Positions 8,334 to 18,012 of a DNA stretch of 64,000 bases are shown here, piece by piece. The DNA comes from Bacteroidia bacterium (GTDB lineage Bacteria > Bacteroidota > Bacteroidia > Bacteroidales > GCA-2748055). The stretch covers positions 847 to 64,846 of the forward strand of contig DAOWDN010000057.1 in the NCBI GenBank assembly GCA_030639005.1, written 5' to 3'. The notes below the pieces were generated by a model. It was given only the letters and a program-made list of their open reading frames with translations. It ran no database searches and had not been told where the DNA came from. The translations under genes were made by a program, and so were the position numbers. The first letter of the stretch is position 1. Each line of letters begins with the position of its first letter.

Positions 8334-8442
8334 CCTGGAATGATCATTATTTGATGCAACTATTATCAAATATCAGATGCAAATTGGACTGATCTGATAT
8401 CAGAATTAAAGATAATATAAATATATTGGAGTGAGCGCCTCG

Positions 8443-9942
8443 CTATACAATCTGGCTCATGGCGTCAATGAAGGCTTCCACAGAGGCGGTGATAATATCG
8501 GTGGAGGCTGAGAACCCGTAGTAGACCACATTCTTGTGTTCCACCTGCATATGGACTTTCCCCATGTCATCGCTGCCACGGGTAATGGCCTGGATCAGGA
8601 ACTCCTCGATTCTCACTTTCTTCTTCAGGATATCTTTTACTGCATTGATCGCAGCATCGACCGGACCATTTCCTTCTGCAGTGGCAGAGTGACACACATC
8701 GTCCCAAACCAAGGAGACTGTTGCTACCGGGGTGGTACCTTTGCCACATAGAACCTGTAGCTTGCTGAGATGAAGGTTTCTCTTAATATCCCTTGAGCTT
8801 ACACCGGTAAGCATTTTCAGGTCCTCATCGTTAATCTCCTTCTTGGAATCGGCCAGTTTCACAAATTCCTCATAAATGGCGTCCAGGGCTTTCTTGCTGA
8901 AAGTGTATCCCAGCTTTTCCAGCCTGTGCCTCAGGGCTGCTCTGCCACTTCTTGCAGTAAGCAAGATGGAGGATTCATTGATACCTACCGATTTGGGATT
9001 TATGATCTCATAGTTTTCACGGCGTTTCAATACGCCGTCCTGATGTATACCGGAAGAGTGTGCGAAAGCATTTCTTCCCACAATGGCCTTGTTCGCCTGT
9101 ACCGGCATACGCATCAGTGTGGATACCAGCCTGCTGGTCCGGTAAATTTTTCGTGAATTGATGTTGGAGACCAGGTTCAGGTGCTTCCGGCTCTTGAGTA
9201 TCATTGCAATCTCTTCCAGGGAGGTATTTCCGGCCCTCTCCCCGATTCCGTTCACGGTGACTTCCACCTGGCGGGCACCATTAATTAAACCGCTCATGGT
9301 ATTGGCTGTGGCCATTCCAAGGTCGTTGTGACAGTGAGTGGACAGGATCGCTTTGTGGATGTTGGGTACATGGTCGACCAGGTACTTAATTTTACTGCCA
9401 TATTCATCTGGAAGGGTGTACCCGGTGGTGTCGGGAATATTGATCACCGTGGCCCCGGCATCAATCATAGCTTCCACCACCCGTGCCAGATACTTGTTCT
9501 CCGAACGGCCTGCATCTTCCGCATAAAACTCCACATCTTCCACAAATGATTTAGCATATTTCACTGCATCGGCACCCCGCTGTATGATCTCATCCGGATT
9601 ACTGTTCAGTTTGTGATAAATATGGTAATAGGAGGTTCCAATACCTGTATGGATCCTGGGACGTTTTGCAAATTTCAGCGATTCTGCTGCCACTTCAATA
9701 TCCTTCTTTACCGCCCGGGTAAGTCCACAGATCACCGGTTCGGTGACAGCCTTGCTAATCTCCACCACGGAATTGAAATCTCCGGGACTGGATATTGGGA
9801 AGCCAGCTTCAATCACATCGACACCCAGTTCTTCGAGGGCTTTTGCCACTTCTATCTTCTCAATGGTATTCAGCTGACAACCGGGAACCTGTTCCCCGTC
9901 GCGCAATGTGGTATCAAAGATATATACACGATCTTTTGCCAT
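8443..9942 (-). CDS. leuA: 2-isopropylmalate synthase
   Basis: The N-terminus is [16 protein letters not shown], with [12 protein letters not shown] and a C-terminal LeuA dimerisation-type region. 499 aa. Confidence 0.92.
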   Translation of the reverse strand: MAKDRVYIFDTTLRDGEQVPGCQLNTIEKIEVAKALEELGVDVIEAGFPISSPGDFNSVVEISKAVTEPVICGLTRAVKKDIEVAAESLKFAKRPRIHTGIGTSYYHIYHKLNSNPDEIIQRGADAVKYAKSFVEDVEFYAEDAGRSENKYLARVVEAMIDAGATVINIPDTTGYTLPDEYGSKIKYLVDHVPNIHKAILSTHCHNDLGMATANTMSGLINGARQVEVTVNGIGERAGNTSLEEIAMILKSRKHLNLVSNINSRKIYRTSRLVSTLMRMPVQANKAIVGRNAFAHSSGIHQDGVLKRRENYEIINPKSVGINESSILLTARSGRAALRHRLEKLGYTFSKKALDAIYEEFVKLADSKKEINDEDLKMLTGVSSRDIKRNLHLSKLQVLCGKGTTPVATVSLVWDDVCHSATAEGNGPVDAAINAVKDILKKKVRIEEFLIQAITRGSDDMGKVHMQVEHKNVVYYGFSASTDIITASVEAFIDAMSQIV

Positions 9943-10024
9943 GGCATTGTAGTTTAACTGTTAGTAACACTAAACCACAAAAGAAATAAATAAAATGCTA
10001 AATATGCTATTCAACATACATTTT

Positions 10025-10531
10025 TCACGAAAACTCTTTCTTCAGCTGCCTGACCCAGGCTGCCACCCGCTCCTTATTCATGGAACCCTGGTTTTCGTAA
10101 TCGATGGCCAGACCGGCGAAATGTTCACCCCTGACAGCTCTGGAATTTTCAAACTCATACCCATCTGTAGATGTGAATCCCACCAGAGTGGCATCCTGCA
10201 TCTCCAGGATCTCTGCCATGATGCCTACACCATCCAGGAAGTTTTCAGGGTATCCTTTCTGGTCGCCCAGACCAAATAAAGCGATCTTTTTACCTTTCAG
10301 ATCCATCTCCTCAAGAGCGGGGACAAATTCATCCCAGTAGTTGGGAAGTTCCCCGTCAAACCATGTGGGAACTCCCATTATTAACTGTTCGAAAGAGAGA
10401 AAAAGCTCTTCCGTGATCTCTTCTGCATTTACAGGTTCAAGCTTTTCGTCGTCGAATTCCACTTTGATTAGCTCAGCGATTTTGCCTGTTTTCTTTGTAT
10501 TGAAACTGTATATGATTGCGGTTTTATTCAT
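10025..10531 (-). CDS. Flavodoxin (long-chain type)
   Basis: 168 aa with an FMN-loop-like N-terminus (IIYSFNTKKTGKIAE) and the segment ALFGLGDQKGYPENF typical of flavodoxins. Confidence 0.8.
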   Translation of the reverse strand: MNKTAIIYSFNTKKTGKIAELIKVEFDDEKLEPVNAEEITEELFLSFEQLIMGVPTWFDGELPNYWDEFVPALEEMDLKGKKIALFGLGDQKGYPENFLDGVGIMAEILEMQDATLVGFTSTDGYEFENSRAVRGEHFAGLAIDYENQGSMNKERVAAWVRQLKKEFS

Positions 10532-10547
10532 TGCTCTGCTGTTTGTG

Positions 10548-12590
10548 TTAATAATTCAACAGTTCTTTGGCTGCCACCTCTATCCTCTTCAGATCCGGCA
10601 GGATAGCTGCTTCGAGGATCCGGTTGAACCCGACCGGTGTGAAGGTGGATCCCACTCTTTTTACCGGTCCGTCAAGGAATTCAAAGGCCAGATCATTGAT
10701 CAGGGCTGCCACCTCTCCCCCGAATCCGCCAAAAACCTTGTCCTCGTGAACCACAAGGACTTTTCCTGTTTTCTTTGCGGTAGCCAGGATCGCATCTGTA
10801 TCGAGCGGACTAAGCGATCTGAGGTCGAGTACTTCGAGGCTTGCGGTGCCATCCTTGTTGAACTGTTCGGCCAGTTCCACACACATGGGTGTAGTATTTC
10901 CGTAGGTAATGATGCTCAAGTCAGTTCCCTCTTTTCTTAACCTTGCTTTTCCAAATGGTACTTCAAAATCGTCCGGAATGGGAGCTGCCACTTTGGGAGA
11001 ATTGTAGAGTGCTTTGGGCTCCAGGAATAGGGTTACTCCCCTTGAACGGATGCTGGTTCGAAGCAAACCTGCCGCATCATCTGCATAGGTGGGGTATACA
11101 ATCCGGATACCCGGCAAAGGGGCAATGGAGCTCTCTATGTTTTGCGAGTGGTAGAGCCCGCCTCCGATATAACCACCCGAGGCCAGGCGAACCGTGATGT
11201 TGGGCGAATACTGACCTTTGGATCGCCAATAGTCATGGGAGGTTTCCACAAACTGCTCCATGGCGGGCCAGAAATAGTCCGCAAATTCGGCCCCTTCCAC
11301 CACGATCCGGAGTTTATCGTTGAACCTGCTCATCCCGTTGGCGGTTCCCATGATAAAGTCTTCGGCAATGGGTCCGTTAAAGACACGCTCCTTTCCAAAC
11401 TCCTGCTGCATACCTTTGGTCACGTTGAAAATGCCACCCTTCTCCTTGTTGGCTACATCCTGTCCCCAGATATAGGTGTCAGGATTGTGCCGGAATTCTG
11501 CCTTCAGGGTTTCGTTCAGCCCTTCGATCAGTTTCTTAGACTCACCCTTATGATTGTGCAGGCCGTCCGGATACTTCTCACTGACATAGGGTTCAGGAAT
11601 CACAAAATCATGGATCGATTCAGGGACAGGATTTGGAGAGTTTATTCCCACTTTATGGGCCGCTTTTACAATCTCTTTAGCCTCATTCTCAAGTGTCTCA
11701 ATTTCAGTAAGCGTGAAGCGATCATACCTGAGCAGAAGTCTTCTGAATTTGGCCAGCGGATCATAGGCGTGCACATAAGTCAGTTCATAATCGTCGCGGT
11801 ACAGGTCGTGCCTGTCAGAATTGGAGTGGGAATGGATTCTGACACAATTGGCCTGCACAATCACGGGGTGTTCATGTTTGGCCACATACTCTTTGGCTTC
11901 AACCATGGTATTCATGCTGTCGAATACATCTTTCCCGTTGCAATGGAAAATTTTCAGGTTCTTAAATCCTGAAAAGTTGTTGGCCACTTTCCTGTTAGCC
12001 GTCTGGTCGCCTTTGGGTACTGAAATGCCATAGCCATTGTCCTGGAATACAAATATTACAGGCAGTTTCTCATTGCTGGCCCCGTTAATTGCTTCATAAA
12101 CGTACCCTTCTGAAACAGAGGACTCCCCCTGGGAGCTGATGGCCACTCCCGGAACTTTATACTTTTTAATTGCCCTGGCCACCCCTACTGCGTGCAGGGT
12201 ATGGTTCCCGGTACATGAGGAGACATTGTGAATGTTCCACTCCGGTTTGGCGAAGTGGTTGGACATGTGTCTGCCTCCACCTGCTACATCAGCTTCTCTG
12301 GATATTCCATTGAGGATCAGCTCTTCTGCCGACAAACCTGCCGAATGGGTGGTAAGCATGTCACGGTAGTATGGAAACAGGTGGTCGTGATTGCGGTCAA
12401 AAACCTGGCCGATGGCCAGCTGAATGCCATCATGTCCTGCATAAGGGGCATGGTAGGACCATCCAATGGCCTGCTTCAGGTAGTTGGGTGCCCTGTCATC
12501 AATGGCCCTTCCCACCAGCATCAGTTTAAACCATTTTGCCAGAGTCTCCTTGTCTGTCTTTTTTATGCTGTATCTTTTCTCTTTAGACAT
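10548..12590 (-). CDS. 2-oxoacid dehydrogenase E1 component, fused alpha/beta subunits (TPP-dependent)
   Basis: 680-aa ORF. The N-half resembles E1-alpha and the C-half E1-beta (transketolase-like, ...IVYPTYADDAAGLL...). It lies directly downstream of the E2 gene. Confidence 0.85.
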   Translation of the reverse strand: MSKEKRYSIKKTDKETLAKWFKLMLVGRAIDDRAPNYLKQAIGWSYHAPYAGHDGIQLAIGQVFDRNHDHLFPYYRDMLTTHSAGLSAEELILNGISREADVAGGGRHMSNHFAKPEWNIHNVSSCTGNHTLHAVGVARAIKKYKVPGVAISSQGESSVSEGYVYEAINGASNEKLPVIFVFQDNGYGISVPKGDQTANRKVANNFSGFKNLKIFHCNGKDVFDSMNTMVEAKEYVAKHEHPVIVQANCVRIHSHSNSDRHDLYRDDYELTYVHAYDPLAKFRRLLLRYDRFTLTEIETLENEAKEIVKAAHKVGINSPNPVPESIHDFVIPEPYVSEKYPDGLHNHKGESKKLIEGLNETLKAEFRHNPDTYIWGQDVANKEKGGIFNVTKGMQQEFGKERVFNGPIAEDFIMGTANGMSRFNDKLRIVVEGAEFADYFWPAMEQFVETSHDYWRSKGQYSPNITVRLASGGYIGGGLYHSQNIESSIAPLPGIRIVYPTYADDAAGLLRTSIRSRGVTLFLEPKALYNSPKVAAPIPDDFEVPFGKARLRKEGTDLSIITYGNTTPMCVELAEQFNKDGTASLEVLDLRSLSPLDTDAILATAKKTGKVLVVHEDKVFGGFGGEVAALINDLAFEFLDGPVKRVGSTFTPVGFNRILEAAILPDLKRIEVAAKELLNY

Positions 12591-12596
12591 TTCTTG

Positions 12597-13925
12597 CTAA
12601 ATTTTAAAATTTCCGGACTCCGGATCGAATGATTCAATATAATCTCCAAGGCGCTTCAGAAATGCTCCACCCAGTGCACCGTCGATAATCCTGTGGTCAT
12701 AGGTCAGCGATAACCACATCTTCTGCCTGATGGCAATCACATCTCCCATTTCAGTCTCAATCACTGCAGGCTTCTTTTTGATCGCCCCTATTGCGAGAAT
12801 TGCCACTTCGGGCTGGTTGATAATTGGGGTGCCGATATCGTTTTTAAACGATCCGAAATTGGTCACCGTAAAGGTCCCGCCGCTGATATCGTCGGGCCCC
12901 AGTTTGTTGCTCCGGGCAGCAGCAGCTAGTTCGTTCATCCTCTTTGTGATCCCGGTAAGATTCAGTGAATCAGCATTCTTAATGTTAGGTACGATCAGGT
13001 TATAGTCTGGCAGAGAGACCGCCACCCCCAGGTTGATCTTCTTTTTGATAATGATCCTCTCTCCGTCTACCGAAGCGTTGATCTGGGGATATTCCCGAAG
13101 AGTTTTAACAGTAGCTTCCAGGAAGACAGGGAGAAATGTCAGTTTTACTCCTTCTTTCTTAAGGAATTCATCTTTCACCCGGTTTCTCCAGTTTACCACT
13201 GCTGTCACATCCACTTCAATCATATTGGTAACATGGGCCGAGGTCTGCTTTGATTTGATCATATGAGCGGCAATAAGCTTCCTGAGCCTGCTCATCTCAA
13301 TGACTTCATCTTCCCCACTCAGCACTGGCGCAGAAACAGCCTGGACAGCCGGAGGAGCTTCTTTTGCAGGTTGTGAAACAGGTGCAGGTGCCTTAGCAGC
13401 TTCAACGGCAGGTTGTCCGGAACTCCTGTTTTCAATAAACTTCAACAGGTCCTTTTTCTGAACCCTTTCGTTGATACCGCTTCCCTCTATAGTGTCGAGC
13501 TCTGCCTGTGAGATACTCTCTTTGCTTGCGATGGTTTTTACCAGGGGTGAGTAAAAGCGGCCCGAGGACGAAACAACAGCTTCCAGGTTGCCTGGATCAG
13601 AAGAGACTTCCTGCTCAGGCAATAAATTTTCCGGCTCTGCGGGGGCGGATTCCTCTTCGTTGATTTGTGGAGATTCGTCCCCACCATCCAGACCGATCAC
13701 TGCAATCACTGTTCCTACTGCAACAACCTCGTCCTGCCTGAATAATATTTTTTTAACAAGGCCTTCCACAGGTGATGGTATTTCCGAATCAACTTTATCA
13801 GTGGCGATCTCAAGGAGCACATCATCCTCCTCAACCTTATCGCCCTCTTTTACAAACCAGTTTGTAATGGTTGCTTCTTCAATACTTTCACCCATTTTTG
13901 GCATGATAATATCAAAACTTGCCAT
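12597..13925 (-). CDS. 2-oxoacid dehydrogenase E2 dihydrolipoamide acyltransferase
   Basis: Lipoyl domain with EIATDKVDSEIPSP. An Ala/Pro-rich linker follows. The catalytic motif is SLTYDHRIIDGA. Confidence 0.92.
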   Translation of the reverse strand: MASFDIIMPKMGESIEEATITNWFVKEGDKVEEDDVLLEIATDKVDSEIPSPVEGLVKKILFRQDEVVAVGTVIAVIGLDGGDESPQINEEESAPAEPENLLPEQEVSSDPGNLEAVVSSSGRFYSPLVKTIASKESISQAELDTIEGSGINERVQKKDLLKFIENRSSGQPAVEAAKAPAPVSQPAKEAPPAVQAVSAPVLSGEDEVIEMSRLRKLIAAHMIKSKQTSAHVTNMIEVDVTAVVNWRNRVKDEFLKKEGVKLTFLPVFLEATVKTLREYPQINASVDGERIIIKKKINLGVAVSLPDYNLIVPNIKNADSLNLTGITKRMNELAAAARSNKLGPDDISGGTFTVTNFGSFKNDIGTPIINQPEVAILAIGAIKKKPAVIETEMGDVIAIRQKMWLSLTYDHRIIDGALGGAFLKRLGDYIESFDPESGNFKI

Positions 13926-13995
13926 AGTTATTCTTAATGAAAATGTGTGGTATTAGAAATTTCGATGATATAACAATGATACCATCAAATTGTTT

Positions 13996-14931
13996 TTATT
14001 CTTCGCCCTCAAAAAGGATATCCAGGACAACCGGCTCGCCACTCGGGGAACGGTCTGCAGCCGGTGGCTTTTTAAATGCAGGGTAGCTGATTCTGACATC
14101 TGGGTAACCCAGGTGGATCAGCATGGCCACGACAGAAAATATTTTCGGGCCGTGAGGTATTATAACAATTGAATAGTCATTGCGCAGTGGCAGAATGGTA
14201 TTGATCAGACTCTGGTAGATGGCCTGTCCGTTCCTTATGGGATAGGAGATCAGGTTCCTGATGGGAGTGGCATTAATCAGAGCATGGTTGTTGATAAAGG
14301 TAAGCTCTACAAACTTTTTGGCAACCGGAGGATCTGCATAATAGAGATAGAGCAAATCGGGCTCAACTAACTTATAGATGGAATCAGAGATGTTTTTTTC
14401 ATGACTCAGACCCAGTACCAGCGCCTTTTTTTTCTCCACTGAAGTTTTAATATCAGCCTGCAGAAAATGGGTTAATTCTTTTACTTTCCGGGAGCTATCC
14501 AGGCTTACATAATTGGCCATGATATATACTATACGCATCCGAACCACACCCTGAAAATCCTGCTTCTCATCAAACCATTTAAAAAACTGATAATACCAGC
14601 TGGGAGGCATGCTGGTGCAATCGATCATCACACCAATATCCTCCCCGGTCAATGAACTGAGGATTGCCTCAAGATCAGGAACATCGGAGTCTATCGGAAA
14701 AAATTCGAACTCCTTGCTTAAAAAATACTCCCTGTTTTCATCATAGGAGAAATCTTTTAAGCAAGAGTTGGAATCAAGGACCACTTTTCTGCAGGATTGA
14801 TGTTCAAGCAGCCTGGCAACATGGGTGCACCTGTTCTCATAACCGAGAGTGGTAATAAAGACTTCAGCCTTGAAATCAGAAAGTTGAGACGGATCTATAT
14901 GTTCAATAGATGATAGTTCCATAAGGTGCAA
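13996..14931 (-). CDS. Hypothetical protein, family not recognised (AT-rich orphan gene)
   Basis: 311-aa ORF with no signal peptide or TM segment. Two halves look similar: VFITTLGYENR...GVMIDCTSMPP and ALVLGLSHEKN...SIVIIPHGPKIF. Hand counts of two 60-nt lines give about 35-38% GC, against 45-57% in the flanking genes. Confidence 0.7.
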   Translation of the reverse strand: MHLMELSSIEHIDPSQLSDFKAEVFITTLGYENRCTHVARLLEHQSCRKVVLDSNSCLKDFSYDENREYFLSKEFEFFPIDSDVPDLEAILSSLTGEDIGVMIDCTSMPPSWYYQFFKWFDEKQDFQGVVRMRIVYIMANYVSLDSSRKVKELTHFLQADIKTSVEKKKALVLGLSHEKNISDSIYKLVEPDLLYLYYADPPVAKKFVELTFINNHALINATPIRNLISYPIRNGQAIYQSLINTILPLRNDYSIVIIPHGPKIFSVVAMLIHLGYPDVRISYPAFKKPPAADRSPSGEPVVLDILFEGEE

Positions 14932-14982
14932 TTCCTGCTCCTAAAGATAAAAGGAAATTTGGAAGGGAATAAACCTCTTCGA

Positions 14983-16311
14983 CTAAAGTTTCGGGTTTGT
15001 TGCCGGGATCTCGGTGATGGGATTGCGACTCGCCTCTTCAATGGTGAAAAGATCAATCATGGGCCACTGGTGTACCCTGTTTACTACTCCAAACATCATA
15101 CTGGATACATACCTGTGGATCCTGGAGTGTTTATAAGTACTCGTATTTGTCATTACCACCCAGTTGATTCCGTCGTTCTGCCTGACCATTAGCGCCGATG
15201 AACCGGTCAGATATCCAGTGCGCCACCAGGTACCATACCTGTCACTTCCTCTCCAGCCATAGAGCCCTTTCCCGGCAATTCCGGGATTCGACATATCGGC
15301 AATGGACTTCGCAGAAAGAATGTCAGGTTGTTCAACGAACCCATCAACAGCCGTAAGGAATTTAACAAGTTCAGGAGCGGATGCTACCCATCCTCCGGCA
15401 GGTCCCAGCAGTTCCATGTGGTTGCCCCCATAATAAATAGGAACCTTCTCCCCTGATCCATCCATGGAATACGTAGTCACCTTTCCCGCACTGCTGTGAT
15501 ACCTAACCTCGTTTGGATATTTCTCATGATAGTAGCTTTTCCCAATATGCATATCATGAATGTCGAGGGGCTTCAGGAGATTCATCACCACATAGTCCTG
15601 GTACGGCATACCACTTTTTCTCGCAATGACTGCACCAAGGATTCCATAACCCAGGTTGGAATAACTATATCGGATGCCAGGTCTGTAATTGAGTTTTCGG
15701 GATAAAGTAAACTGCAAAATCTGCTCAAAAGAGGCGGGGGCAGGCACATCCAGTTTCCGGGCAATATAGAGAGGACTGAACATCGGATCGCCAGAATATC
15801 TTGACCAGCCAGCCGTGTGATTCAGCAGGTGTCGAATAGTTATATCTTCAACTCTTTCATCCTTATACAACAGAAAGGTGGAGTCATTAAGGATTCCCCG
15901 GGGTCCGAACACCTGTTCATCCAGATCCAGGATCCCCTCCTCATGCAGCTTCATCACAGCCACCGCCGTAATCAGCTTGGAGACTGAGGCTATGCGGAAC
16001 AGGTGACCTGGTTTTACCTCTTCTCCGGTTTCACTGTTGGCTGTGCCAAATCCTTTGGCATACACCAGGCGCTCATCTTTGGTAACCGCCAGACTTGCAC
16101 CCTGGATCTTCCACCGCTTAATAAATGATTGAACCTGTTTGTCGATATTTTCAGTTCCATCATAGTCCGAATAGTGGTTATCCAGCAAAAGTGAAAAGGG
16201 TACCTCCTCATCATTCAAAAGAGACGGGTATCCCTTATCGGAGAATGTCATGGCAATTTCCCCGAAGAAAAAGAGCAGGACCAGTGTTACAAAAAACATT
16301 ATTCTTTTCAC
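14983..16311 (-). CDS. Serine hydrolase, beta-lactamase class C/esterase family
   Basis: N-terminal signal/anchor, the SxxK motif (ASVSKLITAV) and a YSN motif (YSYSNLGYG). 442 aa. Confidence 0.88.
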   Translation of the reverse strand: MKRIMFFVTLVLLFFFGEIAMTFSDKGYPSLLNDEEVPFSLLLDNHYSDYDGTENIDKQVQSFIKRWKIQGASLAVTKDERLVYAKGFGTANSETGEEVKPGHLFRIASVSKLITAVAVMKLHEEGILDLDEQVFGPRGILNDSTFLLYKDERVEDITIRHLLNHTAGWSRYSGDPMFSPLYIARKLDVPAPASFEQILQFTLSRKLNYRPGIRYSYSNLGYGILGAVIARKSGMPYQDYVVMNLLKPLDIHDMHIGKSYYHEKYPNEVRYHSSAGKVTTYSMDGSGEKVPIYYGGNHMELLGPAGGWVASAPELVKFLTAVDGFVEQPDILSAKSIADMSNPGIAGKGLYGWRGSDRYGTWWRTGYLTGSSALMVRQNDGINWVVMTNTSTYKHSRIHRYVSSMMFGVVNRVHQWPMIDLFTIEEASRNPITEIPATNPKL

Positions 16312-16651
16312 AGATGGATTATTGGTGAAATCAGGATACTTTATTCTATATCTAATTTACAGTAAAAACACGTGTGACAGAAAATGTTCATTATCCGGAT
16401 TTTCGTCCTGATTGTCTCATGAATATATAAACCTGTAAATCAGTTTATTATTTAAGTATTGTCTTGATTGCGAATAGAGCCTAATATTAACATTATCAAA
16501 CCTCTTCGCACAGAATATAATACTTTGATAGAGAGAATTAAGACCATTGATAATTCATTCGATGCAATTGGTCAAAAGAAAATAGCAGTGAAGGGCATTT
16601 TTAGTCAGAAGTCGGAAGAATACAACATATTCTGGCTTAATGAGGGGGTAT

Positions 16652-17075
16652 AAAACACGAATGGGAGCCAAATTTGCATCTGGTTCCCATTCCACTTGTT
16701 AGCTACCGTAGTTGCTAATTCGCGCCAAGCTACGGTTATTATGACTGGTAAACGAGGCCGAAGCCTTGTTAACCCCTTTGCTGACCGACGAATCGATCAA
16801 CTTGCATAATCCTTATCCGAAGACATATCATATGCTCAACTGATTGCAACTTTCACCGCGTTTTCAGGTACTCTACGGTTTCCGTTTTGAATCTCCGTTC
16901 TTGCCTTTGACAGCATTCCCGGTATTCTAGCTCACAGCCCGGTCCGAAAACCGGGAAAACAGCATCAATACCTGTTTAGCTGTTCCCGTGACTCATATTC
17001 ACGCTACCGAGTTGCCCCGGCTGCTAATGATTAAACATTTAAAGAACTGAGTGGCCTTTTATCGCTCACTTGGTA
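16652..17075 (-). ncRNA. Candidate structured ncRNA of about 420 nt, class not recognised
   Basis: There is no ORF >=60 aa on either strand between 16654 and 17282. The minus strand carries TACTTTTG (TAnnTTTG match, 17081-17088) and then many hairpins. One is GCAA-capped (17004-17025), one is C(UUCG)G (16756-16767), and others lie at 16939-16956 and 16954-16988. The 3' end is a 10-bp stem (16660-16691) followed by GUGUUUUA. Confidence 0.4.
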
Positions 17076-17282
17076 ATACCAAAAGTATACGCTTTGTGGC
17101 TTCACTCCAAGAAAAATCTATCGAAGAATTGAACATTGAATCAACATGATTTATTAACAATGAGTTAATACGATGTTAATTGAAATCTACATCTGATTGC
17201 GCATCAAAATTATACAGCCAATAATGAGATAACAGAATTGTTGATATCCCTCCATGAAAACTCTAAACAAGCCTCGGAATAT

Positions 17283-18008
17283 TTAAAATAAACTTCCGGG
17301 AATTTCAAAATTGTATGGTAAGATGATGCCAGGATCGGATGGATCTGCCCCTGCACTCATCAGATTTGGAGCAACAGTATGAGCTTCAAGACCGGAATCA
17401 TCTATAGGAAGAAGGATATGTTTTCGTTTTAATAGTGATATATCTCCGGAGATCCATCCCTGTTCCCTCTCCCTTCTTAAAATTACCGGCATCCTTAGCT
17501 TTGTATTGTGGATAAGCTCCATCATTGGACTTGCATCGGTAGTGATGATGGTAAATGTCTGTGTAATCTCCCCGGTCTCTGAATCCCTCCAGCTGTCGCA
17601 CAGGCCTGCAAAAACAAACGGCTCGCCGCTTTTCAGTCTTATGTACCAGGGTATCTTTCTGCCATTGACCAGCTGCCACTCGAAAAAACCACCAGCAATG
17701 ACCAGGCAGCGTCCCGTGCCCAGAGGTTCTTTGAAAGAGGGCTTTTCGTGCAATGTTTCAGCCCTGGCATTGTAAGTGCCTTTTCTGATCTGCTCGGCCT
17801 GTAACCTGTTGTTCACCCAGGCAGGAATGAGTCCCCACTGTTTCAGTTGCACCCTTGCCGGATCCTCCATGGCTATTACCGGGATCATTGGATTGCTGAA
17901 CGCCCTGTAGAAATAATTGAAATCAAAATCATACAGAGCGGAGGTATTCACCGGAAACCGGGTCTCAATGGCCTTTCTGGTCAGATGTATCTCAATGGTA
18001 AAACACAT
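17283..18008 (-). CDS. SOS response-associated peptidase (SRAP/YedK family, abasic-site sensor)
   Basis: Starts with MC (Cys2 is the nucleophile position). Also has ...YNARAETL... and HNTKLRMPVIL (the HxRMPVIL-type motif). 241 aa. Confidence 0.85.
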   Translation of the reverse strand: MCFTIEIHLTRKAIETRFPVNTSALYDFDFNYFYRAFSNPMIPVIAMEDPARVQLKQWGLIPAWVNNRLQAEQIRKGTYNARAETLHEKPSFKEPLGTGRCLVIAGGFFEWQLVNGRKIPWYIRLKSGEPFVFAGLCDSWRDSETGEITQTFTIITTDASPMMELIHNTKLRMPVILRREREQGWISGDISLLKRKHILLPIDDSGLEAHTVAPNLMSAGADPSDPGIILPYNFEIPGSLF

Positions 18009-18012
18009 GTTA

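Noticed and set aside
6000-8369. The TonB-dependent receptor + downstream lipoprotein might be a SusC/SusD pair marking a polysaccharide utilisation locus.
   Set aside because: The partner is a small (288 aa) DUF4249-like lipoprotein, not a ~500-aa SusD-like protein. No glycoside hydrolases or regulators are adjacent.
8376-8412. 9-bp inverted repeat atatcagat...atctgatat between leuA and the TonB-dependent receptor gene.
   Set aside because: It could be the leuA terminator or a regulatory site for the receptor gene. The loop is long (13 nt) and the downstream U tract is weak, so I could not support either call.
16468-16653. 61-aa plus-strand ORF (TTG start) ending just before the 16660-16691 hairpin.
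   Set aside because: It has no ATG start and no recognisable motif, and it is AT-rich. The adjacent hairpin has its U tract on the minus strand, not the plus strand. It may be a gene remnant, but there is not enough support to call a CDS.
16652-17090. The candidate ncRNA could be tmRNA, SRP RNA, 6S RNA or a second RNase P RNA.
   Set aside because: No tRNA-like acceptor/T-arm ends (no GGTTCGAnTCC...CCA) and no ...YALAA-type tag frame. The only NY-containing frame reads ARISNYGS* at the extreme 3' end, which is the wrong position. No GGAAAGTCC box is present. The size is wrong for SRP or 6S. The class stays unknown rather than assigned.
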